A stretch of 64,000 nucleotides of DNA from an uncultured Verrucomicrobiae bacterium (GTDB lineage: Bacteria > Verrucomicrobiota > Verrucomicrobiia > Palsa-1439), in the NCBI GenBank assembly GCA_963812605.1, contig CAWEWF010000014.1, forward strand, positions 640,001 to 704,000, written 5' to 3'. A program made the translations under genes and the position numbers. The notes below the pieces were generated by a model, which saw only the letters and a program-made list of their open reading frames with translations, was not told the origin of the DNA and searched no databases. Below are positions 1 through 13,817 of this stretch, piece after piece (position 1 is the stretch's first letter; the number at the start of each line of letters is the position of its first letter).

Positions 1-1249
1 TTGTTTTTCCTGCTGTTCCTCCTGCTCGAGACGGGAATGTTTGGCGTTTTCACCGCGCTCAATTTCTTCCACTGGTTCATCTTCTGGGAATTGGGCCTGA
101 TCCCGATGTTCTTCCTCATCCGAATCTGGGGCGCGGAAGACCGCACCTATGCATCCTTCAAATTCTTTCTCTACACGCTGGCTGGCAGCGTGGGAATGCT
201 GCTGGCGTTTGCGTTCATCTATCTCGCGACCAATTCCCTTGATTTTATTGACCTGCGGCAGAAGGCCGCATCGGGCGAGCTGGCCGTGGCGCTGGGAAAA
301 TTTGTTGAGGGTATTAACACGCATATTGGAATGCAGGTCAATCCGACGAAATTCGCCTCGTTGCTGTTTTGGGCCACCTTTCTCGGTTTTGCGATCAAAG
401 TGCCGATCTGGCCGTTTCACACGTGGTTGCCGGACGCCCACACCCAGGCACCGACGGGCGGTTCCATGGTCCTCGCCGCGATCCTGCTGAAGATGGGCGT
501 CTATGGTTTCCTGCGGATCGTATTGCCGATTTTTCCGTATCAAGTGCAGGCGCACGTCAACGCGTTGTTATTGCTGGCCTTGGCCAGCATCGTGTTCGGC
601 GCCTATGCCGCGCTGGCGCAGACCGATTTCAAGCGGCTCGTCGCATATTCCTCCGTGAACCATATGGGCTATGCGATGCTCGGTATTTTCGTGACCGTCG
701 CCACCGCAGCCAACGTGACGGACATCGTCAATGAGAAAGCTGCCGCACTTAACGGGGCGATGTTACAGATGTTCAACCACGGCATCAGCTCGGCGGCGTT
801 GTTCTTTCTGGTCGGCGTCATCTACGAACGCACCCACACGCGCAAACTGGAAGAGTACGGCGGGCTGCGAAAGATCATGCCAATCTACGCGGGGGTGCTG
901 GGCATCTCCATGTTCTCGTCGCTGGGGCTGCCCGGGCTTGAACGGCTTTGTGGGCGAATTTCTCGTGTTCAAAGGCGCATTCCCCATCGTCCCGCTGGTC
1001 AGTTCGCTGGCAACCATCGGCTTGGTCATCACCGGCGTGTTCCTGCTCGGTATGATGCAAAAGGTTTGCTTTGGCCCGCTCAACCAGAAGTGGAAGGGGC
1101 TTTCCGACATGAACACGCGCGAGATTTGCATCATCGCCGTACTGATGTTCTTCATGTTCTGGATTGGCCTCTATCCCGGGCCGTTACTCAATGCTTCCAA
1201 TAAGGCTGTATTGCAACTGGTGGATTTGTTCCAGAACCTGGGACACTGA
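1..1249 (+). CDS. nuoM: NADH-quinone oxidoreductase subunit M, copy 1 (5'-truncated by window edge; frameshift near 940)
   Basis: Antiporter-like motifs FWELGLIPMFFLI, KVPIWPFHTWLPDAH, LLKMGVYG and AYSSVNHMG. The C-terminus (LPGLNGFVGEFL) continues in ORF 731..1249. Confidence 0.9.
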
Positions 1250-1256
1250 CGAAAAT

Positions 1257-2782
1257 ATGCAGGTTGATTGGACAATTTATCTGACGTTCCTCGGCGCGGG
1301 CCTGATCCTGCTGTTGCCGCGTGACTCGAAGAACCTTATCCGCTGGGTCGCGCTGTTGACCGGCGTGGCCGCCCTGCTTGTCGGCCTGAAGAATTACTTC
1401 GACTACAATGCGTGGGTGAACGCGGAGCTCGCCGCGCATAACGGCAAGCTGGTGGATGGTTTCCAGCAGATCGTGAATGTCTCCTGGATTCCCGCGCTGA
1501 ATGTGAACTACCACCTGGCGGTTGACGGCATCAGTTATCCCCTCGTCGTTTTGAACGGCTTCGTGTGTGTGACGGGAATCCTTTTCAGTTGGAATATCGA
1601 GAACCGGGTCAAGGAGTTCTTCGCGTTCTTCCTGACGCTGATCGCCGGCGTTTACGGCGTGTTTATGTCGATGGATTTGTTCCTGCTATTTGTGTTTTAC
1701 GAATTGGCGATCATCCCGAAATACTTTGTCATCGCGATCTGGGGCTCAACTCGCAAGGAGTACGGCGCGATGAAGCTGGTGTTGTACTCTTTCGTGGGCA
1801 GCGCGCTCGTGTTCATCGGCATTCTTGCCGTCTACTTCAGCGCCGGTGGGCAAACCTTCGACATCCTCGAACTCATCAAGCACCCGCTGGCACCGGAGGT
1901 GCAGATTTGGGTATTCCCGCTGATCTTCGTCGGTTTCGCGGTCCTGGCGGGCATGTGGCCATTGCACACGTGGGCGCCGACGGGCCACGTGGCTGCGCCG
2001 ACGGCAGCTTCCATGCTGCTGGCGGGCGTCGTGATGAAGCTTGGCTCGTATGGTTGTTTCCGCGCAGCCATGCTTTTGTTTCCGCAGGGTCTCGAAGCCT
2101 GGAAGTGGTGGATTGCGATATTGGCGGTCATTGGCATCGTCTATGGCGCGGCGGTGGCGCTGGTGCAGAAGGACTTCAAGTTCATCATCGGCTACTCCAG
2201 CGTCAGTCACATGGGCTTTGTGCTTCTGGGACTGGCGACACTCAACGTCATGGGCATGTCGGGCGCCGTCCTGCAGATGTTTTCCCACGGCATTATCGCC
2301 AGCCTGTTGTTCGCGGTGGTCGGTCGCATGGTTTACGACCGCACCCACACGCGACAGTTGGATGAACTGGGCGGACTGGCCAAGGTGATTCCTTTTGCGT
2401 GCGTCACCTTCGTGATCGGCGGCGCGGCCTCCATGGGCATGCCGGGCTTTAGTGGATTTGTCGCCGAATACCAGATTCTCGCCGGCGCTTTTCAAATGCA
2501 TCCGCTGCTGGCTCTGGCCGCCGGCCTCAGCATCCCGATCACCGTTGCGTACATTCTCAACGCAAACAACAAGGTATTCATGGATCGGGATGTGCCGGCC
2601 GGCGGACATGGACACGGTCACGGCTCTGGGAGCGGTTCGCATCCGCCACTGCCCCCGATTACGCTGCCGGAGCGCGTTGCCGCAATCATCCTGATGGCAT
2701 TGCTGGTGATCGTCGGATTGTGTCCGTCGATCATGCTCAACATGATCAAGGCCAATATCGAATTGTTTTTGCGGGGTGGGCG

Positions 2783-2786
<4 letters not shown>
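1257..2786 (+). CDS. nuoM: NADH-quinone oxidoreductase subunit M, copy 2
   Basis: Motifs FYELAIIPKYF, WPLHTWAPTGH, VMKLGSYG and GYSSVSHMG. ATG at 1257 follows the stop of copy 1. Confidence 0.88.
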
Positions 2787-4282
<1,496 letters not shown>

Positions 4283-4337
4283 TCGCCACCTGATGCAATG
4301 AGGCGCGTCCACCATAACCCGCCGCGTTTCGATTCTC

Positions 4338-5201
4338 ATGAACATTGACGGCTCAACAACGATTGTCGGGATTTTCGGCGCGCCGATCAGGCACACCGCT
4401 TCGCCCGCGATGCACAACGCCGCTTTCGCGGCGCTCGACATGAATTGGGCGTACCTGGCGTTCCACGTCGAGCCACAGAATTTGCGCTCGGCGTTGCGGG
4501 GCGCGGGCGATATGGGGATTGTCGGCATCAATTTGACGGTCCCGCACAAGATCCTCGCCCTCGACTGGATCGATGACATCGACGCCGAAGCTCGCAAGCT
4601 CGGCGCCGTCAATACCGTCTCCATGGAGAAGGGGAGACTGCGCGGGTACAATACCGACGGCTATGGGTTTCTCAAGGCGATTAAAGAGGACTTCAACCTG
4701 TCCATCAAAGGCAAACGCGTGCTGGTACTCGGCGCCGGCGGGGCAGGGCACGGGATCGCCGTAAAATGCGCGCTGGACGGGGCTGCCCGGGTGATCGTGG
4801 CCAACCGCACGCCTGCCCGGATTGAACCAATCGCGCAGGAGGTCCGCGGTACAAAAACGGAGTTTCTGGCTCTCAAACTGGCCGCGGAGCATATCCGCAA
4901 GGTCATTCACGAGGTGGATCTGGTGGTGAACGCCACATCTGTGGGATTGGAAGAGCACGATTCGCTGGGGCTTGGCGCCGATCTTTTTTCGCCGCGCCTG
5001 CATGTGTACGACACGATTTATCGTCCCGCGGAGACGGAGCTGCTGCGTGTCGCCGAGAGCGCGGGCGCGAAAGTCGCCAACGGATTGAGCATGTTGCTGC
5101 ACCAGGGCGCGAAAGCGTTTGAAATCTGGACCAAGCGCAAGGCGCCGCTGGCGGTCATGCGCCGGGCGTTGCGGGCGGCCATCTACGGGGACAAAGCGTG
5201 A
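4338..5201 (+). CDS. aroE: Shikimate dehydrogenase
   Basis: Motifs SPAMHNAAF, NLTVPHK, GAVNT, NTDGYG, GAGGAG and MLLHQG. Confidence 0.95.
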   Translation: MNIDGSTTIVGIFGAPIRHTASPAMHNAAFAALDMNWAYLAFHVEPQNLRSALRGAGDMGIVGINLTVPHKILALDWIDDIDAEARKLGAVNTVSMEKGRLRGYNTDGYGFLKAIKEDFNLSIKGKRVLVLGAGGAGHGIAVKCALDGAARVIVANRTPARIEPIAQEVRGTKTEFLALKLAAEHIRKVIHEVDLVVNATSVGLEEHDSLGLGADLFSPRLHVYDTIYRPAETELLRVAESAGAKVANGLSMLLHQGAKAFEIWTKRKAPLAVMRRALRAAIYGDKA

Positions 5202-6386
5202 CCGGGCTTCAGCTCTATATTGATTTCATCGTCTTCTCATTTGGCGCGGTCATTGGCAGCTTTCTTAATGTCTGCATCCACCGGATGCCCCTGGATCAGT
5301 CCATCGTGTTCCCGCCGTCCCACTGTCCGCACTGCAACCAGCGCATCCGCTGGGCCGACAACATTCCGCTCTTCAGTTACCTGGCGCTGGGGCGCAAGTG
5401 CCGCAACTGTGGCGCGAAAATCACTGCGCGGTATTTCCTCGTGGAACTCCTGACCGCGGTGTTGTTCCTGTTGATGTGGCTGAAACTGACGCAGTGGGCC
5501 AACCCGCCACTGCACGGCGTTTATCTGCTAAAAGCGCCGATCTATTGGATGGTCATCGCCGGCCTGATCGTGGCCACGTTTATCGACTTTGAGCATTACA
5601 TTATCCCCAACGAGATTACGTTCGGCGGAATCCTGGCGGGGTTGTTCCTGAGCGCGGTTTATCCGCCGTTGCAGCCCAACGATATGGTGACGTCCCTCGA
5701 TACTGAAGCTTATGCCAATCTCAATGCCAGCGTGGAGCGCGGGGCTGTTCCGATCCCTCTTTGGGGTACTGGTGGGTGGATTTGTGCTTCTCGCCATTGC
5801 TGAGTTTGGCAAGCTCCTGTTTGGGAGATTACGCGTGAAACTGCCGCCGGACGCGACGGTCATTATCGCTGATGGCAAGCTCAAATTGCCTGACGAAGAA
5901 GTCGATTGGCCCGATCTTTTCTTTCGGGATTCCGACAAGATACGTTTTCAGGCCACGTTCCTGAATTTTGGCGACAAGCAATTCACTGATGCGACCGTAA
6001 TCGTGCAGGAAGATTCAATCACGATAAACGACGAGCACTATCCTTTGGCGGGCACCGGAATCATCGAAGCGAAGACCAGCGAGATCGTGATCCCACGGGA
6101 AGCCATGGGATTTGGAGACGTGAAATTACTGGCGGGTATCGGCGCATTCCTGGGCTGGGAAGCGACCTTGTTTTCCCTGTTCCTTTCGTCGGCGGTAGGC
6201 GCGGTGGTGGGTCTGGCGTTGATTGTGATTGGGAAAAAGGACCTGCAAGGGAAGATCCCCTATGGGCCGTATATCGCCCTGGGCGCGCTTGTCTGGCTCT
6301 TTGCAGAAGACCAACTTCTTGCTATCATGGCCACGTATTTGGAAAATGTGAAAGACCTCCTGACATTGATATTCAGTAGAGGATAG
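5198..6386 (+). CDS. pilD: Prepilin peptidase (A24) with inserted soluble domain; frameshift near 5700
   Basis: GSFLNVCIHRMP, two CxxC pairs and FIDFEH in ORF 5198..5803; AMGFGDVKL and IPYGPYIA in ORF 5712..6386. Confidence 0.88.
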
Positions 6387-6389
6387 ATT

Positions 6390-7521
6390 ATGCCGCAACT
6401 GCGTTACTTCACCGCAGGCGAATCGCACGGCCAATGCCTGATTGGCGTAGTCGAGGGGCTGCCGGCCGGCCTGAAACTGGATCGCGCCGCCATCAATCGC
6501 GATCTCGCGCGCCGCCAGCAAGGCTACGGGCGCGGCGGTCGCATGAAGATCGAGGCGGATGAAGCGGAGATCGTCTCGGGCGTGCGCCATGACGAAACGA
6601 TTGGTTCACCCGTCACCTTGATGGTGAAAAACCGCGACTTCAAAATCAACGAACTCGCCGGCCGTCACGAAACCACGTCCCGGGCATGCCGACCTTGCGG
6701 GTGTTATCAAGTATGACCGCCAGGACGCTCGGGACATTCTCGAGCGCTCCAGCGCGCGGGAAACCACGATGCGCGTGGCCATTGGTGGTGTCTGCAAGCT
6801 GTTGCTCGCAGAGGTCGGCGTCGACATCGTCGGTCACATCGTCAGCCTTGGTACGGTGCAGGCGAAGACAGACGGGCTGACGTTTGCCCAAATCCGCGAA
6901 CGCAGCGAAGCGAGCGAAGTCCGCTGCGCCGATCCCGAAGCCGAGAAAAAAATGGTCGAGGCGATTGACGCCGCCAAGGGGCAGGGGGATACGATCGGCG
7001 GCGTGTTTGAAGTGATCGCGGTCGGCGTCCCGATTGGCCTCGGCAGCCACGTTCATTGGGACCGGAAACTCGACGCGAACCTCGCCCGCGCCTTGATGAG
7101 TATCCAGGCCATGAAAGGTGTCGAGGTTGGACTCGGATTTGAGGCCGCGCGACGCTTGGGCTCACAGGTCCACGACGAAATCCTGCCGGCGCAGGACGGC
7201 GTCTTCACCCGCGCGGGCAATAATGCCGGGGGTTTTGAAGGCGGCATGACCAATGGCCAGCCAGTCGTCGTTCGCGTCGCCATGAAACCCTTGTCCACGC
7301 TCATGAAACCGATGCGTTCGGTGGACATTCAGACGGGGCAGGAAGTAAAAGCCACCGTGGAACGCTCCGACGTCTGCGCCACGCCGGCGGCGGCGGTCAT
7401 TGGGGAAGCGGTCGTCGCGGTCGAGTTGGCGAAGGCGTTGCTGGACAAGTTCGGCGGCGACAGCGTGCGCGAGCTAAAGCGCAATGTGGAAAGTTACCGC
7501 CAAGCTTGTCAGCGGTGGTAG
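6390..7521 (+). CDS. aroC: Chorismate synthase (frameshift near 6660)
   Basis: TAGESHG and [12 protein letters not shown] in the first frame; [24 protein letters not shown] and ERSDVC in the second frame. Confidence 0.95.
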
Positions 7522-7532
7522 CGCGTCGGGAA

Positions 7533-7556
7533 CGCGCCTCACAGAGGCGCGGCTAC
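7533..7556. repeat. REP-like palindrome downstream of aroC
   Basis: CGCGCCTCACAGAGGCGCGGCTAC: a hairpin ending in CTAC (GTAG on the minus strand). Confidence 0.65.
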
Positions 7557-7964
7557 ACCGCTACCGTATCCAACTGACGAAGCACGCGGGTTGAGGCTGG
7601 TTCCGGAGCGGACGGCCTGGACGAGGATGGCAATGCTGAGGCCGCCCGGTGTTGCATGCGGCTGCTCCCGTAGGGGGATTGGCCGCAGGCGACGAGGCGC
7701 GCAATTGGCTTGACAACAGTGGCAGCCTTGTGGCACCAGAGTTGACTTGTAAGCGAGTGAATTCGGGTCATGCGGAGAGGCGAGTTAGTGCGGTTGCGAG
7801 AACCTCGATCCTGAATCACCGGCTGCACGTTTGCACGCAGGTTACGTTATCTGGGGTCGCCCTTGCTCTGGTTGTTCTTCTGCACTCACACTTTCTGTCC
7901 CCCTGCCCCGGTTTGAAATAGCGACACGTAGAGCGCCACAAGCGCAGAAGGGGATCGGCGTAAC

Positions 7965-8908
7965 ATGAGAACTCGTTCATTATTCCGTGGCGGGGAACCC
8001 ACAAAAAGAACAACGTCCAGGACGATCTGCCTCTTCGTGGGTGCCGGGCTGATGGCGAGCAGTGCCTACGGCGTTACGTTTCAGTCCGTCGGCCCCACAA
8101 ATTATGGCGACGACGCACTTAGCGCCACGGTGAATCCGTATCCAGCGATCGCGGTTAGCACCATGCGTCCCACCAGGACAGTGCACCTGGATCAACACCG
8201 TTCGGAAGAATTTTATAGCCGCGAATCGCACAATTCGAACCGGCCCCTTTCCGGTGAGTCGTGGAGTTACTCCTGGGCTGGCACTGGTACGGAGGCCAAA
8301 GTGGAGGCGGGCATCAGCATCCTCGACTACTTTCCGTACGTAATCACGAAACCGTCAGTCACAACGGGCGACGGCGACGTCTACCCGGTGGGCCCCGCTA
8401 GCGGGCTCGGCGGCGCCGTGTTCAATCTCAAGTACACGCCGCAGGCGGGCGCACCGGCGATCAATAATCTCCACTGGATTCAGGCGTATACGGGTACCAT
8501 CTATGGGACAGCATTTGGGGCCATATTGGACAACGACACCAACAATCCTTACGTGGCGCAGAGCGGCGTTTCACCCTTTTACGACACAGATTACGCTGCC
8601 GGGAACTTGACCGGTGGCGGAGGATGGTTTCTGGACAGACCACAGGTTCCTGAAAATGAATACGAGACAAATCCCGTGGTGTCCTCCCAGTTTCAGGTGG
8701 TTCTGGCAGGCGACACCCAGTGGGTCGTAGGCGGGGTGACCGACAAGCCGTCGCGTTGTATGGCGGTGAGTGGTGGGGATTTAATTTCTCGGCGGTTGAC
8801 GTGCGCGAACAGTCGGCAGGCTTGCTCGTAATGCTTGGCGGAAGCGGGCTGCTCTTCTTCCGGAGGAAGGCGAGAAGGAAGAGGACCCGCAGTTCCTCGG
8901 TTCGGTAG
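7965..8908 (+). CDS. Secreted protein with degenerate PEP-CTERM-like tail (frameshift near 8745)
   Basis: Signal-peptide-like segment (ICLFVGAGLMASSAYG). The shifted frame ends VREQSAGLLVMLGGSGLLFFRRKARRK, a TM helix plus basic cluster. Confidence 0.65.
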
Positions 8909-9021
8909 ATTTTCACGCACCTTGAAACGCGGAAGCGCACATGAAGAAAACACCGGGTGGTGCGGGGCAAATGCGCTAAAGAATTCGTCGGTCTGACGTG
9001 TCCGGCTATTTCCAGACGGTG

Positions 9022-11294
9022 TTACGGCAACAACACGCGCACGCGGTAGTACCGGTTGGTAGAGGTACACGGGATTGCCGTATTCGTCATGTTGGTGACG
9101 GTGCCGGACCCGTTCCCGCCACTGAGAATGTTCGTCTGGCCCGTGTCCTGCCAACCGCCATTCGTGTAGTTGCCGTTGGCATTGCCGGTCAGGTAATCCA
9201 ACACGTTCGTCCGTGACGCGATCCCCGGCGCATAGGTGTTGTCCCCGTTGGCGCCGAGATAGGTTACCACGACGTTGGTGTTCCCCGCCACCGACTCCAC
9301 GATGCTGATGACGTGCAGGTACGCCGCCGCGTTGGTGGGATTGAATCCCGCCAGGAACTGATTGGTGTTGCTCATGCCTTTACCCAGTGGATCCGCGCCA
9401 GGGGCCGAATTCAAGGGGCTACGGTGAAGTAATGTGTCTGCCAGGTCGTGAATGGATCACTGCCGCCGGTTACTTGCAGGATCACCGAGCGAATCGTGTT
9501 CGTATTGACGGCGTAAGACAAACTGCCGTTCGGCGTGGTGCCGATGGTCAGCGTGCCGCCAGTCAAGGTGCCGGCGTACGTGAGCAGCGTGTAGCTGGTG
9601 GCGGTGAAGCCGCCGGCATCGGCGATGTTGACCGTGCCGCCGAGGGTCAAGTTACCGGTGACGGCAATTTTTGTGGCGTTGGTGCCAACCCCGAAGTACA
9701 GCGTCGATGAACTGCCCAGCGTTAGAATGTTGCTCACCGTCAGCGTGCTGGCGGCCAACGTGAGGTATGGATTGGGGTTGTCCAAGCCGGGATCGGTGAT
9801 GGTCGCCTGCGCGTTGAAGAAGGACAACACGGTGTTGGACGGCGACCCCAATCCACCGAGCGTCATTCGATTCGCGTTGAGTGCGCTATTGGTGATGGTA
9901 ATCACGGCGTTGTAGAGGGTCAGGGTGTTGGTGCCGGAGGAGGGCGCGGTGAGATTCGAGTCGATGAATTGGATATTTCGCGCGTGATACACGGAGAAGG
10001 TCCCGTGCTGGTGCGACCCAGGATATTGACTTTGCAAAGCGTGACGTTCGAGACGGGCGACCCGGGCTTGCCATAGATGATACCGGCGATATTACCGGGG
10101 CCCTGGATACCGCTGTTTCCAACCGCCGTGAGATTGCTGATGGTAATATCTGGTAGATCGGCGTCGAACTGGTGATCGATCCTGTCGAGTCCGATGCGGC
10201 GTCCGCGGGTAATAAGGATATTGGCGGAGGGCGAGCCCAACGAGCTATAGTCCATGTAAAACGCGATCGGGAAATTCACGTTGGTCATCGTCAGATCACA
10301 ATACTTGATGTTCTGCACCGGGCAGCCGGAACCCTGGTCGATTTGATTTTGATGCCGTATTCGGTGCCGTTCCACGAACAGTTGCTAACGGTCAAGTTGT
10401 TCACCCCGCCGCCGATCTTGCTACCCATCGACACGCCGTGCCCGGTGCCGAACATGCAATTGGAGATGGCGATGTCCGTCGCCGCGGCGCCGCTGCCCCC
10501 GATCTCAACATCGTCATCACCGGTGCTGATGAAGGAGTTTCGGATCAGAACATTGGTGGAACTGATGTCAAACCCGTCGGTGTTGTGCGAATCGTGCGGC
10601 GTGTTGATCGTAATGCCCTGGACCGTGACGCTCGTGTCGCTGGACTTCATATAGATGTGGAATTCCGGCGGGTTCTGCAGCGTGACGTTCTGGATCAGCA
10701 CCCGCGTGCAACTGCCGATATCGAGGAAGAGCGGTCGCGTCGAGGCGAGTGGGAACCACCAGTTCGTCCCCTGACCATCGATGATTCCGGACCCGCTGAT
10801 CTCAATGTCGGTAAGGCCGGAAGCGCTGATGAACGACGTGCCGCTGCCGTAGTTGGGGACCCAGGTGCTCATCGGGAAAATCTGCAGTTTCGCGCCGCTG
10901 TAGTTCTGCAGATTGACGTGGCTGGCCAGGGTGATCGGGCCGGACAGGTAGTTGGTTAACGTGCCCACCGGCGGGATCTCGACGGTGCCGCCCCCATGGG
11001 CCACCGCATACGTGATGGCCGCGTTGATCGCGGCAGCGCTGTTTGATGACCCATTCCCGTACGCGCCGCCGGCAAATGTCGTGTTGGTAACGACGAACAC
11101 CTGGTTGGAAATAACGGGCAACGGCGGGTCGGCGTGCCCGGACCGGCCACGGCGAGAAACAAGATGACGGCCCCAACGGCCACCTTCCACCAAGGGGCGG
11201 CAAAAGACCCGCGGTGCGGCCGCTGATTGGTTTGCGCCCGGAGTCTCACGGCACACGCCACCGAACACCGTATTCCCGTATGCTTTTTCATCAT
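9022..11294 (-). CDS. GH28 polygalacturonase-family protein with beta-rich and C-terminal accessory domains (several frameshifts)
   Basis: GH28 motifs HNTDG, GDDD, GHG and IKIK in ORF 10291..11268. Continues through ORFs 9920..10375, 9411..10037 and 9022..9414, ending RYYRVRVLLP. Confidence 0.82.
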
Positions 11295-11705
11295 AAACCC
11301 CTGACTACGTGTTTTGTGTGTCCACGGCGTGTTGATCCCCGAGAGACGTGTTGCCATCCGTAGTTACGACGCCGGTCCTTGTGTGTATTACATCCCAGCA
11401 AACTGTTTGCCACTTCAGCGCGTTCATTTTCGTACCTCTGAGCGCGTTTATGGACCAAAGGGATAGGAGATACTTTGAATGGCGACGCAACTCAGAGTGT
11501 TGACCTGACGTACCGATATGACCTACCCCGCGACCATCGCTGACGACCCAGTCTGACGGACACTCATGCTATCACTTTTGACAAAGCGAGGAAGCCAATT
11601 CTGGGCCTCTGCCTTCGCTCCAAGAGATGGCCTCCGCATGGCCGCCCTCATCAGAGCCATCCGCGCAGGAACCGATCTCAACCTATGCTCCGTCAGCCGG
11701 ATACG

Positions 11706-13252
11706 CTACACCTGCTTCTTCAGCTCCAACTTCGCGATCTTGCCGGTGGCGGTTCTTGGCAGGGCTCCCACGATGCGGACTTCGCGCGGGATTTTGTAGT
11801 CGGCGAGCCGCTCGCGGCAGAAGCGCAGGATTTCGCTCGGCTCGAGTTTCGCTCCCTCGACCGGGCTGACGAAGGCGATGGGGACTTCGCCGCGCTTCTC
11901 GTCGAGTTTCGGCACCACAGCCGCTTCGCGGACATTCGGGAATTGGTGCAGCACTTCCTCGATTTCGCGTGGGTAGACGTTCATCCCGCGCACCAGCAAC
12001 ATCTCTTTGCGACGGTCCACAATGTAAATATAACCGTCCTCGTCCTTCTTCCCCATGTCGCCGGTGTGCAGCCAGTTGCCGCGCAACGCCGCGGCCGTTT
12101 CCTCAGGATGATTGAAATAACCCCGCATGACGTTCGGGCCGCTGACCACGATCTCTCCCACCTGGCTGGCGGGCAACTCCTGATCATGGTCGTCGAAAAT
12201 CTTCACCTGCACCTCGGGCAGCGGCAGGCCGACCGAGCCCGCCTTGCGAACGCCGCGGATGGGGTTGAAGGACACCACGGGCGACGCTTCGCTCAATCCG
12301 TAGCCTTCCAGCAGCGGGAAATGGAATTTGCGGTCGAACTTCGCCAGCGTCTCGGCGGGCAGGGGAGCGGCGCCGGAGACCGCCAGGTGCAGTTTCAGCA
12401 CCCAATGCAGCCAGAAGGGGATGCGGGCTTCCGCGAGCGCCTGGAAAAGCTGCGGGATGCCCACCAGGATCGTCGCGCGGTTGCGAATGATCTCGCGCAT
12501 CGCGGCCTTGAACGGCTGGACGGACTTGATCAGCACGATGCCCGCGCCCATCGAGAGCGGGGTGAAGATGCAGACGGTCAGCATGAAACTGTGAAACATC
12601 GGGAGCAACAGCGTGAGCCGATCGGCTGCCGTCGGTTCGAGCGCCTGGAGGCAACTACGGACGTTCGACGTGATGTTGTCGTGGGTGAGCATCGCGCCCT
12701 TGGATTTGCCCGTGGTGCCGGACGTGTAGATGATCACCGCGACGTCTGTCGGCGGTGATGGGTGGCCAGTGTGGATTGATTTTGACAGGCAGGGACGCCT
12801 GTCCCACCACTACCGGCTCGGAGGTCCGTACACGGCACGGAGGCCTGTCCCACTTCTTGGGAGAGAAGCTCCAGTCGAACGGCGGTAACGCCTTCGACCT
12901 TGGAAATCGTCTCGTCGAAATCCCCGGACGTGACCAGGCACTTGAGTTCGCAGTCGTCAACGATGTGCTGGATTTCGGGGGCTTTGAGAAAGGTGTTGAT
13001 CGGGACCACGGTCGCGCCGGACTTCAGGATGGCGTAGAGCGCATAGATGAACTCGGGGCAGTTCTTCAACAGGATGCCCACGCGGTCGCCCGGCCGCACG
13101 CTGTGGGCGGCTTGCAAGCGGGCGCCATACGCGTGGATACGGGCCGCCAATTCCGCGTTGGTGATTCGTTCCTTGCCGCAGAAAATGCAGACCCGGCGCG
13201 GCTGCGTCGCCGCCACCGTTTCGAGGCGGGCGATGACGGTTGGCTCGCTCAT
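11706..13252 (-). CDS. Long-chain fatty-acid-CoA ligase (AMP-binding family); frameshifts and REP insert in the linker
   Basis: Motifs IIYTSGTTGKSKG, EGYGLSE, WLHTGD and VDRRKE. N-terminal half is in ORF 12734..13315 from the ATG at 13252. Confidence 0.88.
12784..12853. repeat. Two REP-like palindromes inside the acyl-CoA ligase gene
   Basis: GACAGGCAGGGACGCCTGTCCCAC (12784-12807) and CACGGCACGGAGGCCTGTCCCAC (12831-12853). Related to the intergenic GACAGGCGGGACGCCTGTCC at 14641. Confidence 0.75.
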
Positions 13253-13271
13253 GCGGAAATGCGGACAGTTG

Positions 13272-13817
13272 CTACCAGAGGAACGATTTCTTTTCGGCGA
13301 CGAGTTGATCGCCATTCCAGAGCGTCACGCGCCAGGCGGACACCGTGCCGCCGCTGCGAAAATCTTCCCCGCGAACTTCAAAGAGCTTCACCATGTCGCC
13401 GTGGGGCACGTAGGTCTTCTCGAAGATGGCGGCTGGTTTCGACACCTGCCGATACTCGAATTTCACCAGGCTGATGCTCGCGGGCCTCCAGCGGACAAAG
13501 AACTCCTCGCGCTGCGCCTCGGTGGCCAAATCCTGCGGCACGTACGTGAACCGCGAGGCTTCGTCGTATCCGAAAAACTGTTTAACGTCCTCGGGATCGA
13601 GGTCCTGCAAGCGGGTGCGGCTGGTGACTTCGAGGACGCGCGGCGCGGTGGTCGAGCAGGCGATGGTGAAGAGGAGGAGGACTGAGAGGCAACAGAGCGG
13701 AAACGACGGCAGGCGGGCCGCCTGCCCTACAATGCTGCTCGGATTGTAGCCGCGAATCTCATTCGCGGCATTTTCCGACCGCGAAAATGTTTCGCGGCTA
13801 CAAAGATGGTCATTCAT
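13272..13817 (-). CDS. Hypothetical lipoprotein
   Basis: Hydrophobic stretch and lipobox-like LLLFTIA-C. ATG at 13817 overlaps the rsmI stop (ATGA). Confidence 0.65.
   Translation of the reverse strand: MNDHLCSRETFSRSENAANEIRGYNPSSIVGQAARLPSFPLCCLSVLLLFTIACSTTAPRVLEVTSRTRLQDLDPEDVKQFFGYDEASRFTYVPQDLATEAQREEFFVRWRPASISLVKFEYRQVSKPAAIFEKTYVPHGDMVKLFEVRGEDFRSGGTVSAWRVTLWNGDQLVAEKKSFLW
13708..13801. repeat. Three REP palindromes (one single, one inverted pair) in the 5' part of the lipoprotein ORF
   Basis: GGCAGGCGGGCCGCCTGCCCTAC (13708-13730), GTAGCCGCGAATCTCATTCGCGG (13746-13768) and CCGCGAAAATGTTTCGCGGCTAC (13779-13801). Confidence 0.75.

Noticed and set aside
7557-7964. Small RNA or small ORFs between aroC and the secreted protein
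   Set aside because: No recognisable RNA family, terminator or credible coding signal. TTGACA at 7710 lacks a matching -10.
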